Source of the DNA: an uncultured Clostridia bacterium
GTDB lineage: Bacteria; Bacillota; Clostridia; Christensenellales; Borkfalkiaceae
Assembly: GCA_944342055.1 (NCBI GenBank)
Contig: CALVME010000102.1
Location: forward strand, 1 to 56,712
Length of the DNA stretch: 56,712 nt
Direction of reading: 5' to 3'
Position numbers and translations under genes: made by a program. This document shows, piece after piece, positions 19,550-28,239 of the stretch (within the stretch, counting starts at the first letter, position 1; each line of letters opens with the position of its first letter). The notes beneath the pieces are model-generated. The model saw only the letters and a list, made by a program, of their open reading frames with translations, was not told the origin of the DNA and made no database searches.

Positions 19550-20653
19550 ATGTCTGCAGTAGGCGTTATTTTTTCCAATATTCATGACGAAAACGTGCCT
19601 GAGCTGTCCCGCCAGAGAACGATGGGTTCCATTCCGTTCGGCGGACGTTATCGCTTGATCGATTTTGCCCTTTCCAACATGGTAAATTCGGGCATCACCA
19701 CGGTTGGTGTCATCACGAAAAACAATTATCAGTCCTTGATGGACCATTTGGGCAGCGGAAAGGATTGGGATCTTGCGAGAAAGGACGGCGGTTTGATTCT
19801 GCTTCCTCCTTACAACGATGAGTACGAATCCCTCTACCACAATCGCCTGGAGGCGTTGAAGGGCATCATCGGTTTTTTGAACAAGCGTACGGAAGATTAT
19901 GTGGTGCTTTCCGATTGCGACGGCATCTGCAAGATAGATTTTTCTGATGTCATCGCGTATCACGAGGAAAAGCAAGCCGACATTACGCTCGTATATCACA
20001 ACGAAAAAGTCGTTAAGTCGCCTTATTATGCATGTCTCGATACGGACGAAAATGGCAGATTGACCGATTTCCAGATCAATCCCAACATTGACGGCATTGC
20101 CAACGTATATATCAATATTATGGTTCTCAATCGCCAGTATCTGATCAGCATCATCAATAATGCGATCGTACACGGCGCGAACAGCTTCGGACGGGACATT
20201 CTCGCAAAGAACGTCGATTGTCTCAAGCTTTACGGTTATGAGCTGAAAGATTACTATGCGGGCATCGATTCTTTGCAGACATATTACGCGCATAATCTCG
20301 AGATGCTCGATCAGCAGGTCAGGAACCAGCTGTTCGGCGCAAGGGACATCTACACGAAGGTAAAGGATTCCGCTCCGTCCAAATACAGCGAAACCGCAGT
20401 CGTTAAGAACTCTTTGATTTCCGATGGTTGCGTCATCGAAGGTACGGTAGAAAACTCCATCTTGTTCCGTGGCGTTAAAGTCGAAAAGGGCGCTGTCGTT
20501 AAAAACAGCATCATCATGCAGGACAACGTGATCGGAAAAGAGGCGCAACTCAACGCTGTCATTACGGATAAAAACGTAGTGATCCGCGACAGAAGGACGC
20601 TTTCCGGCTGCGCTGAATATCCGTTCTTCATTCCCAAGGGAGCAATGGTATAA
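19550..20653 (+). CDS. glgD: glucose-1-phosphate adenylyltransferase regulatory subunit GlgD
   Basis: ORF 19544 (TTG) trimmed to ATG 19550 behind AGGGGAGG. A GlgC paralogue lacking the GGxGxRL motif (has FGGRYRLIDF), in the canonical position after glgC. Confidence 0.8.
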   Translation: MSAVGVIFSNIHDENVPELSRQRTMGSIPFGGRYRLIDFALSNMVNSGITTVGVITKNNYQSLMDHLGSGKDWDLARKDGGLILLPPYNDEYESLYHNRLEALKGIIGFLNKRTEDYVVLSDCDGICKIDFSDVIAYHEEKQADITLVYHNEKVVKSPYYACLDTDENGRLTDFQINPNIDGIANVYINIMVLNRQYLISIINNAIVHGANSFGRDILAKNVDCLKLYGYELKDYYAGIDSLQTYYAHNLEMLDQQVRNQLFGARDIYTKVKDSAPSKYSETAVVKNSLISDGCVIEGTVENSILFRGVKVEKGAVVKNSIIMQDNVIGKEAQLNAVITDKNVVIRDRRTLSGCAEYPFFIPKGAMV

Positions 20654-20670
20654 AACGATATAACAACGGT

Positions 20671-20706
20671 GTTTTCCCGCCAGCCGTTTACGGCTGACGG
20701 GAAAAC
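20671..20706 (+). other. intercistronic stem-loop between glgD and glgA
   Basis: GTTTTCCCG(C)CAGCCG-TTTA-CGGCTG(A)CGGGAAAAC, not followed by a T-run. Confidence 0.6.
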
Positions 20707-20736
20707 ATAATAGGGGATACAGACTAGGAGGTCTAA

Positions 20737-22512
20737 ATGGCTACAACGACAAAGAAGACGCCGGAAACCGGCGAGACCGAACAAAAAGAAGAGCTCAAAA
20801 AAGAGACTCAGGATAAAACTGTGACGAGCGGAAAAAGCACCGCATCGAAATCGACGAAGAAAACAGCGGGTTCAACTAAATCAGCGAGTTCAGCAAAGAC
20901 GACGAAAGCCGCAACCGCAAAAACCGCGGAGAAATCTGAAACCGCTGTTAAGGCGACGAGAACGAGAAAAACAACTTCTTCTGTCAAAAAGACAGGTGCG
21001 GTAAAAGAGGAAGCGGTTCTGACCGCAGAGAAAGCAGATACAGCGACTGTCGCTGAAAAGGAGGTCCCCGTTATGAACGATCAACCCAAGAAAAAAATCC
21101 TGTTTGTTGCTTCCGAGTGCACACCGTTTATCGCTACGGGCGGACTTGCAGAAGTCATCGGCTCTCTTTCCAAAACGTTGGCAAAGGATGATTCTTACGA
21201 TGTAAGAGTTATGATTCCGCTCTATTCCGATATCAAAGCGAAGTATCGCGTTTTATTCCAGTTTATCGGAAACATCTATATTCCTCTTGCCTGGAGAAGT
21301 CAATATTGCGGCGTATTTCTGTATGAAGAAAATAACGTCAAATTCTATTTCATCGACAACGAATATTACTTCAAACGTCCCGGCTGCTATGGATATTATG
21401 ATGACGGAGAGAGGTTCGCTTTCTTCTCGCGTTCTGTCATGGAAGTGATGAATTTCATCCAGTTCTATCCCGATATCATGCATTGCCATGATTGGCAGGC
21501 TGCACTTGCGGCTCTCTATCTGAAGACAAAATATTGCTTCCGTCCCGAATATCAGTTTATTCGTTCCGTATTTACGATCCATAACATTGAATATCAGGGC
21601 AAGTATTCTCTGGATATTTTGGAAGACTTGTTTGATATTCCCAATTATTACAGGAATTATGTGGAATTTGACGGCTGCATCAATCTGATGAAAGGAGCGA
21701 TCGAAGTTTCCGAAAAATTCTCTACGGTCAGCCCCAAGTATGCGGAAGAGATCAAGGATCCGTACTATGCCCATGGATTGGAGAGCATCATTCAGAGAAA
21801 CGAATTTAAGCTCTGCGGTATCTTAAACGGCATTGATGTCGATTCTTACAATCCGGAAACGGATAAGGCTTTGTTTGCGAATTACAACGCAGACTCTCTC
21901 GAGAAGAAGGTAATTTGCAAAGAAGAACTGCAAAAGATGCTCAATCTTCCCGTAAAAGCAGATGTGCCGATGATTTCCATGATTTCCCGCCTTGTTTCTC
22001 ACAAGGGGCTCGATCTCGTTAAGGCAGTAATCGAAGACCTGCTTCAGGAAGACGTTCAGATCGTCATTTTGGGTACAGGCGACTCTGAGTATGAGAATTT
22101 CTTTAGAAACATTGCGAGCCGCTACATCGGAAAAATGGAAGCGGTCATCAGCTTTAATTCCGATTTGGCGAGGAAAATTTATTCGGGTTCCGATATGTTC
22201 CTGATGCCTTCCAAATCCGAACCTTGCGGACTCTCTCAGATGATCGCTTCGAGGTATGCGACCGTTCCCATCGTAAGGGAGACGGGAGGTCTTTATGACA
22301 GCATCAAACCGGAGGGCAACGGCGGAAACGGGTTCACCTTTGCTTCGTACAATGCATACGATATGCTTTATGTCATCAGGACCGCGCTTGAATGTTATCG
22401 CAATAAAGAGTATTGGAATGAATTGATGCATCGTGCCATTTCCACAGACTTCTCTTGGGATAAATCTGCGACAGAGTACAAAGCTATGTACTGCAGCGTA
22501 TTGAATCAGTAA
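20737..22512 (+). CDS. glgA: glycogen synthase with a 112-aa low-complexity N-terminal extension
   Basis: From aa 113 on (MNDQPKKKILFVASECTPFIATGGLAEV...) it is a standard GT5 GlgA. The upstream 112 codons are K/T/A/S/E-rich and stop-free. AGGAGG SD sites precede both ATG 20737 and ATG 21073. Confidence 0.85.
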   Translation: MATTTKKTPETGETEQKEELKKETQDKTVTSGKSTASKSTKKTAGSTKSASSAKTTKAATAKTAEKSETAVKATRTRKTTSSVKKTGAVKEEAVLTAEKADTATVAEKEVPVMNDQPKKKILFVASECTPFIATGGLAEVIGSLSKTLAKDDSYDVRVMIPLYSDIKAKYRVLFQFIGNIYIPLAWRSQYCGVFLYEENNVKFYFIDNEYYFKRPGCYGYYDDGERFAFFSRSVMEVMNFIQFYPDIMHCHDWQAALAALYLKTKYCFRPEYQFIRSVFTIHNIEYQGKYSLDILEDLFDIPNYYRNYVEFDGCINLMKGAIEVSEKFSTVSPKYAEEIKDPYYAHGLESIIQRNEFKLCGILNGIDVDSYNPETDKALFANYNADSLEKKVICKEELQKMLNLPVKADVPMISMISRLVSHKGLDLVKAVIEDLLQEDVQIVILGTGDSEYENFFRNIASRYIGKMEAVISFNSDLARKIYSGSDMFLMPSKSEPCGLSQMIASRYATVPIVRETGGLYDSIKPEGNGGNGFTFASYNAYDMLYVIRTALECYRNKEYWNELMHRAISTDFSWDKSATEYKAMYCSVLNQ

Positions 22513-22525
22513 AAACGAGTGACTT

Positions 22526-24958
22526 ATGGAAAATCCGATTACGGCGAAAGAAATACAGCAATTGATCAAAAGTAAATTGTCGCGCTATTACGGTATCACA
22601 CCGCAGGAAGCGACAAGGGAACAACTTTATAAAGCTGTTGTCATGTGCGTAAGGGATCTTATGCTGGAAAAGAGGCAGCAATTTCACATCAAAACAAAGG
22701 CACAACGTGCTAAACGCGTATACTATTTGTGCATGGAATTTTTGATGGGACGCTCTTTGAAGAACAGCATATATAACCTCAGTATTGAGAAAGCTGTTTC
22801 GGATGCGTTGCAACCGTACCAGGTGTGCTTGGAAGATCTTTATGAAAACGAACCGGACGCAGGGCTGGGCAACGGAGGGCTCGGCAGGCTTGCCGCTTGC
22901 TTCCTTGACGGTCTTGCGACCGGGGATTATCCCGCGATGGGATATTCTATTCGCTATGAGTTTGGTCTGTTCAAACAGCGCATTGTAGACGGATGGCAGA
23001 CAGAATTGCCTGACGTCTGGCTTCCCGGAGGCGAGGTTTGGCTGACGCAGAGAAGCGATAAAGTTTATACGATACGTTTCGACGGATATACGACCGAAGA
23101 ATGGACGGAGCACGGATTGGAGATTGTCTACCACGATCAGAAAGAGATCGAAGCTGTCGCGTATGATATGATGGTTTCGGGAAAAGACAGCGAAGCTGTT
23201 TCCGTTCTGAGGCTTTGGCGCGCGCAAGCGAAGCGGAAAGCCTTTGACATGAAGCTTTTCTCGCAAGGTGAGTATAGCGCAGTCATGCAGGCGGATAACG
23301 AAGCTGAGTTGATTTCTAAGGTGCTTTATCCGAACGACAATCACGCAGAAGGCAAATCGCTTCGCCTGAAACAACAGTATTTCCTTGTTTCCGCATCGAT
23401 TCAGGATATTATCTCGACGCACAAACGTCGGTACGGATCTTTGAAGAAGCTTCCCGATATGGCGGCGATCCATATCAACGATACGCATCCTGCGCTTTCC
23501 ATCCCTGAATTGATGCGCATACTGATCGATGAAGAATTCTACGGTTGGGACGAAGCCTGGGCGATCACCACGGCGACATGTGCCTATACGAATCATACGG
23601 TTCTTGCCGAGGCGCTTGAAAAGTGGGATGAAGATCTGATTGCAAGAAGACTTCCCAGAATTTACAACATTTTAAAGGAAATCAACAGGAGATTTTGCGA
23701 AGCGCTTTGGGAGCGTTTCCCGGGCGATTGGGATAGGATATCCAGAATGGCGATCATTTCCCATCACCTCGTAAAGATGGCAAATCTTTCCGTTGTCGGA
23801 TCTCACAGCGTAAACGGCGTATCTAAATTGCACAGCGATATCATCAAAAATTCGATTTTCAGCGATTTCAATGATTTTACGCCTGAAAAATTTACGAATG
23901 TAACGAACGGGATCGCACACCGAAGATGGCTCAATCAGTCAAATCCTGAACTTTGTTCCTTGCTTGACGAATGCATCGGAACCGATTATGTGAAAGATGC
24001 AGGTGCATTGCATAAGTTTCTGCAATTCAAAGACGATGACAGCGTATTAAAGAGACTGGATGAAATCAAGGCAATCAAAAAACGTCAATTTGCCGAATAT
24101 GCACGCCGCAAACAAGGTCTTGTCATCGATCCCGCAACTTTGTTTGACGTACAGGCAAAGCGCTTGCATGAGTATAAGAGACAGCTTCTGAACGTATTGA
24201 ATATTATTTCGGAATATCTCGATCTGAAAGAGAATCCTGACCTTGACGTTCAGCCGAAAACCTATATTTTTGCGGCGAAGGCTGCTCCCGGATATTACAT
24301 GGCGAAATTAATCATTAAACTCATTTGTTTCCTCGCCGAAGATATCCGTAAAAATCCGAAAATTGCAGAGAAGTTAACTGTAATTTATATGGAAGATTAC
24401 AATGTGTCAATGTCCGAGAGGCTTATGCCTGCTTCCGAAATCAGTGAGCAGATCTCACTTGCAGGCAAAGAAGCGAGCGGCACAGGAAACATGAAATTCA
24501 TGATCAATGGCGCATTGACGATCGGGACTTTAGACGGTGCGAACGTGGAAATGACAGAATGCGTCGGAGAAGACAATATCTTTATTTTCGGTCTTCGCGC
24601 CAACGAGGTCGATGAAATCTGGAATGGCGGATACAGCTCGAGCGTTTACTATAACCAAAACGTTCGGTTGCGCAGAGTGGTAGAAGCGTTGATCGTCGGA
24701 TTCAACGGGCAATCTTTTGGAGATATCGCGAATTATCTGATTTCTGGTTCTCCCGTTGCGGATCCGTATATGTGTTTTGCAGATTTTGAATCTTATCATG
24801 CCACGCAGAAGACGCTTTCCGCTCTGTACCGCACTGACAAGCGCGCATGGAACCAAAAATCTCTCTGCAATATTGCTGCTTCCGGTTACTTCTCAGCAGA
24901 TCGGAGCGTAAAGGAATATGCAGAAAAAATTTGGAATTTGAAAAAAGTCAAAAAGTGA
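22526..24958 (+). CDS. glgP: glycogen/alpha-glucan phosphorylase
   Basis: 810-aa GT35 enzyme with the PLP-lysine block GKEASGTGNMKFMINGALTIGTLDGANVEM. Confidence 0.9.
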   Translation: MENPITAKEIQQLIKSKLSRYYGITPQEATREQLYKAVVMCVRDLMLEKRQQFHIKTKAQRAKRVYYLCMEFLMGRSLKNSIYNLSIEKAVSDALQPYQVCLEDLYENEPDAGLGNGGLGRLAACFLDGLATGDYPAMGYSIRYEFGLFKQRIVDGWQTELPDVWLPGGEVWLTQRSDKVYTIRFDGYTTEEWTEHGLEIVYHDQKEIEAVAYDMMVSGKDSEAVSVLRLWRAQAKRKAFDMKLFSQGEYSAVMQADNEAELISKVLYPNDNHAEGKSLRLKQQYFLVSASIQDIISTHKRRYGSLKKLPDMAAIHINDTHPALSIPELMRILIDEEFYGWDEAWAITTATCAYTNHTVLAEALEKWDEDLIARRLPRIYNILKEINRRFCEALWERFPGDWDRISRMAIISHHLVKMANLSVVGSHSVNGVSKLHSDIIKNSIFSDFNDFTPEKFTNVTNGIAHRRWLNQSNPELCSLLDECIGTDYVKDAGALHKFLQFKDDDSVLKRLDEIKAIKKRQFAEYARRKQGLVIDPATLFDVQAKRLHEYKRQLLNVLNIISEYLDLKENPDLDVQPKTYIFAAKAAPGYYMAKLIIKLICFLAEDIRKNPKIAEKLTVIYMEDYNVSMSERLMPASEISEQISLAGKEASGTGNMKFMINGALTIGTLDGANVEMTECVGEDNIFIFGLRANEVDEIWNGGYSSSVYYNQNVRLRRVVEALIVGFNGQSFGDIANYLISGSPVADPYMCFADFESYHATQKTLSALYRTDKRAWNQKSLCNIAASGYFSADRSVKEYAEKIWNLKKVKK

Positions 24959-24970
24959 GTCTGACTGGTA

Positions 24971-24999
24971 AAAATCGAAGGAGGCATCCTTCGATTTTT
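24971..24999 (+). terminator. intrinsic terminator of the glg operon
   Basis: AAAATCGAAGG-AGGCAT-CCTTCGATTTT followed by T residues. Confidence 0.85.
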
Positions 25000-25321
25000 A
25001 TATATTATGTGTGATATAATTGGCAAATTTTGTCTGACATAGTATTATTTCCCGCTCAGAAAATCTGAGCGGGAATCGTTATTGAGACAATTTATGCGGA
25101 AAAATATTCTTAAGATCTGAGATTTAGATAAGATGGTTCGGTTGCAATAAAAGAATCATTTTCTCTGAAAAGTTTTCTTTTTTTGCTTGAGATCAATTGA
25201 CAATTCTGTTGCTTTGTGATATCCTTAAAATATACTATTTTTTCGTAAAACCTGTGTTTTACGCATAAATTAAATTATATTCTCCCCCCTGATTTTTATT
25301 GTTCTAAAAGCGAGGCGCATC

Positions 25322-26416
25322 ATGTCAGAAGATTATTTTACCGAACGTCAAATCAAAAATATTAAGAAGATCGAGGAAATTCTGATTTCGCTTCCTCCGT
25401 TTTGCAGAGAATATTTTATCGGAATCGAAAGCAGAACTGCGCCTCTTTCGCGCTTAAATTATGCTTATGATCTGAGAATGTTTTTCCGCTATGTCGAGCG
25501 CTATGTGTTTCCCGACATCCCTTGTCGCAAAATGACGCTCAAAGATTTGGAAAAAATCACGGCGTCTGACATTGAAGGTTATCTGAGTTACCTCTCTTGT
25601 TATACAAGAGAGGACGGTTCCGTTGAAACTTGCAACGAAAAAGCAAAGGCGCGCAAGCTTTCTGCCGTGAAATCCCTTTTCAAGTATTTTTTTAACAAAG
25701 ATAAAATTTCTGTGGACAATTCTGCAAAAGTCTCCTCTCCTAAGTTGCACGAGAAGGCGATCGTGCGCTTGGACTCGGATGAAGTCGATGAAATCTTGAA
25801 GATCTCCGAAAACGGATATGGGCTTTCCAAGCGTCAGCAGGCGTTTCACGAAAGAACAAAATTACGCGATACGGCGATCCTTACTTTATTTTTGGGAACG
25901 GGTATAAGAATCAGCGAATTGGTCGGGTTGGACAACCACGACGTCGATCTTGCCAATCTGTCATTTCGGGTAACGCGAAAAGGCGGCAATCAGATGGTCC
26001 TCTATTTTTCAGATGAGGTGGCAGCCGCAATCGCGGATTATTTGGAACAAAAAGAGGCAATGATTCGGGAATACTATGAAAAAGAGAGCAAAAAGACGGT
26101 AAATCCCCTTAAAAAATACGATGAGAACGCCCTCTTCCTTTCTTCCAACGGCAGAAGGATCAGCGTGCGCGCGGTGGAATGTCTTGTAGAGAAGTATGCT
26201 AAGATCGTAACGCCTCTCAAAAAGATTTCACCGCACAAACTGCGCAGCACGTTCGGCACCAATTTATATGACGAAACCAGGGATATTTATGTCGTAGCGG
26301 ATGTTTTGGGTCATCGCGATGTAAATACTACAAAACGCCATTATGCCAACATCAGCGATAAAATTCGCCGTGAAGCTTCCACCAAAGTACAGCTTCGCAA
26401 AAAGGACGATGATTGA
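25322..26416 (+). CDS. tyrosine recombinase, XerC/XerD-like (long form)
   Basis: 364 aa. Core-binding N-domain plus catalytic R (LGTGIRISELVGL), HKLRSTFGT, LGHRDVNTTKRHY with the terminal Tyr. Carries an extra segment of about 50 aa (EQKEAMIREYYEKESKKTVNPLKKYDEN) compared with typical 300-aa Xer proteins. Confidence 0.75.
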   Translation: MSEDYFTERQIKNIKKIEEILISLPPFCREYFIGIESRTAPLSRLNYAYDLRMFFRYVERYVFPDIPCRKMTLKDLEKITASDIEGYLSYLSCYTREDGSVETCNEKAKARKLSAVKSLFKYFFNKDKISVDNSAKVSSPKLHEKAIVRLDSDEVDEILKISENGYGLSKRQQAFHERTKLRDTAILTLFLGTGIRISELVGLDNHDVDLANLSFRVTRKGGNQMVLYFSDEVAAAIADYLEQKEAMIREYYEKESKKTVNPLKKYDENALFLSSNGRRISVRAVECLVEKYAKIVTPLKKISPHKLRSTFGTNLYDETRDIYVVADVLGHRDVNTTKRHYANISDKIRREASTKVQLRKKDDD

Positions 26417-27618
26417 TGGAAAATGTTTATGTCATTCAGCCCATTCAGGGAGACAACTATAAGGAACTTCACGAAGAGATCATCTCTCTGATCGAGAGCG
26501 CGGGAGCGGCGTATTGCGGCACGATCTATCAGGTCATCCGAGAGGTCAACCCTGCTACCTTTATCGGAGCGGGAAAGGCTGAGGCTCTGCGTCAGCGTCT
26601 GCAGGACCTCGATGTCACGGTCGTTTTTAACGGGGAGCTCTCCCCTTCGCAGACATTGAATTTATCCGCAGCTCTGGATGAAAAAAAGGTGATCGACAGA
26701 ACGACGCTTATTCTCGATATCTTTGCGCAAAATGCAAAAACCTCCGAGGGAAAAATGCAAGTTGAGCTTGCACAGCTCAGCTATTTGTATCCGCGCCTGA
26801 GGGGCAAAGGCGCGGCTCTTTCCAGGCTCGGAGGCGGCATCGGTACGCGCGGCCCCGGCGAAACCCAGCTGGAGACGGACAGGCGGCACATTCGCAGACG
26901 CATTGGCTATTTGCGTGAAAAAATGGCGGAAACCGAGCAGCGCAGGTCGTTGCAGACAGAACGCAGAAAGAAAAATGAAGTCAGAACGATCGCGCTCGTC
27001 GGCTATACGAATACGGGCAAATCCACCTTGCTCAACGCAATGACGAGATCGGACGTCTACGTCAAGGACGCATTGTTTGCGACTCTCGATCCGACCGCGC
27101 GCAAACTCAACATTGACGGAATCGACTTTTTGCTGATCGATACGGTCGGTTTTTTGCAAGAATTGCCCCATCATTTGATCGAAGCCTTTAAATCGACGCT
27201 GGAAAGCGCCCTGAATGCGGATTTGGCGCTGATTGTGTGTGACGCCAAAGGGAACTATGAAATGCAGTTAAAAACGACGACAGAGACCCTGGACGCCATG
27301 GGCTTTGAAGGGAAAAAACTTCTTGTCATGAACAAGAGCGAAGGAATTGTCGACGCAAACGGATTCCCGCCGGAAAGTTTGTTCATTTCGGCCAAGGAAG
27401 GTCTCGGACTTGATACCCTGCGCGCGGCAATTCGAGCGGCTTTTTCGCAGGATTATGCGGACGTTACCCTCTTTGTCCCTTATGCGCAACTTTCTGCGTA
27501 TGCAAAAAAGAAAAAATGGATCGTTGAACGCAAGATCGCATACAGTGAGGATGGGCAGATCGTGCAAGCCGTCATCCCCTCCGTCTATCTGGAACAATTC
27601 CGCAGTTATTTGAGGTAA
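26416..27618 (+). CDS. hflX: GTPase HflX
   Basis: ATG 26416 overlaps the recombinase stop. HflX N-domain (LILDIFAQNAKTSEGKMQVELAQL, GPGETQLETDRR), then G1 GYTNTGKST, G3 DTVGF, G4 NKSE. Confidence 0.85.
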   Translation: MENVYVIQPIQGDNYKELHEEIISLIESAGAAYCGTIYQVIREVNPATFIGAGKAEALRQRLQDLDVTVVFNGELSPSQTLNLSAALDEKKVIDRTTLILDIFAQNAKTSEGKMQVELAQLSYLYPRLRGKGAALSRLGGGIGTRGPGETQLETDRRHIRRRIGYLREKMAETEQRRSLQTERRKKNEVRTIALVGYTNTGKSTLLNAMTRSDVYVKDALFATLDPTARKLNIDGIDFLLIDTVGFLQELPHHLIEAFKSTLESALNADLALIVCDAKGNYEMQLKTTTETLDAMGFEGKKLLVMNKSEGIVDANGFPPESLFISAKEGLGLDTLRAAIRAAFSQDYADVTLFVPYAQLSAYAKKKKWIVERKIAYSEDGQIVQAVIPSVYLEQFRSYLR

Positions 27619-27621
27619 CGC

Positions 27622-27846
27622 ATGAAGCTGTTTGCTTTTTTACGCATATTGTTTTTATTTCTCTGCATCATCGGAGCGATCGGGTTGACTGTTTTGTTTG
27701 CATTTGACGAGATCACGCACCTTCTCCCTCTCTGCATTACATGCGGAGCGATCGTGATCGGATTGATCGGTAACGCCGTCTGCGCGCTGATCGCGTTGCA
27801 ACGAAAGGACGGAGACCATAAGTCGGATCGCAGTCAGCGGAAATAA
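27622..27846 (+). CDS. small hypothetical membrane protein (two TM helices)
   Basis: 74-aa ORF starting 4 nt after hflX and followed directly by a terminator. Hydrophobic throughout with a charged tail. Confidence 0.45.
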   Translation: MKLFAFLRILFLFLCIIGAIGLTVLFAFDEITHLLPLCITCGAIVIGLIGNAVCALIALQRKDGDHKSDRSQRK

Positions 27847-27851
27847 GAACA

Positions 27852-27880
27852 AAAACGAGACCGCGTCAGGTCTCGTTTTG
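27852..27880. terminator. bidirectional intrinsic terminator
   Basis: AACGAGACC-GCGTCA-GGTCTCGTT flanked by an A-run on the left and a T-run on the right; convergent genes on both sides. Confidence 0.8.
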
Positions 27881-27931
27881 TATGTAAACTATTCTGAATT
27901 TGAAAGATGATTCAAACAATAAAATGGAGCG

Positions 27932-28099
27932 TCATTTCTCTTCCTTTTCAATGCCGGTGATCTGAATGCTCGCAACGTCCTTGATATCCAGGCATTTGCC
28001 GCAATTGTCGCAAATTTTTTTCGGATCCAAGTCGCAAAGCTCGCATTCCATGCACCCGATACATTCTCTGTCATATAAGACACATTCTTTTCTTTCCAT
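27932..28099 (-). CDS. 55-aa cysteine-rich protein (eight Cys), divergent from lexA
   Basis: ORF 27932-28141 trimmed to ATG 28099 behind AGAGGTG. MERKECVLYDRECIGCMECELCDLDPKKICDNCGKC... gives the pattern C-x6-CxxCxxCxxC-x7-CxxCxxC, followed by an acidic tail. Confidence 0.6.
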   Translation of the reverse strand: MERKECVLYDRECIGCMECELCDLDPKKICDNCGKCLDIKDVASIQITGIEKEEK

Positions 28100-28169
28100 G
28101 TAAACACCTCTTATTTCGTTGATCTGTGAAACCGTCGTCACAATTTTTAAACTTTTTTTGATTTTTTAT

Positions 28170-28181
28170 AAACATTTGTTT
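28170..28181. promoter_or_regulatory. LexA-box-like dyad in the shared lexA / Cys-rich gene control region
   Basis: AAACATTTGTTT is a dyad of the GAAC-N4-GTTC (Cheo box) type with symmetric G>A / C>T changes. It abuts the lexA -35 and lies in the spacer of the candidate divergent promoter. Confidence 0.45.
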
Positions 28182-28208
28182 GCGTTTTTGAAACACTTGT
28201 GCTATAAT
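28180..28208 (+). promoter_or_regulatory. candidate sigma-A promoter of lexA
   Basis: TTGCGT (28180-28185), 17 nt, TGcTATAAT (-10 at 28203-28208), 31 nt upstream of ATG 28240. Confidence 0.55.
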
Positions 28209-28239
28209 GATAGAAAAGCTACGCGCAAAGGAGTCCGTT

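Noticed and set aside
24999-25010. TATATATTATGT, matching the central hexamer plus half of the XerD arm of B. subtilis dif, close to a Xer-like gene.
   Set aside because: The remaining arm positions do not match: there is no ATAA-type XerC arm, and the right arm diverges after TTATGT. The match overlaps the glgP terminator tail in AT-rich DNA, so it is compatible with chance.
25049-25075. The second hairpin after glgP as a terminator for a minus-strand gene.
   Set aside because: No minus-strand gene converges here, and the hairpin has no U-tract in either direction. It is kept only as part of the AT-rich gap observation.
25322-26416. The tyrosine recombinase as the marker of an integrated mobile element or prophage.
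   Set aside because: It is flanked by core genes (glgP, hflX, lexA), to which it is translationally coupled downstream. I saw no phage, transposase or conjugation genes, no flanking direct repeats, and no adjacent tRNA.
27881-27890. TATGTAAACT, a 10-nt match to the dif XerD arm, just after the hflX-region terminator.
   Set aside because: The adjacent central region (CGTTTT) and the would-be left arm (GCGTCAGGTCT) do not resemble dif. A single 10-mer match in 2 x 57 kb is not improbable.
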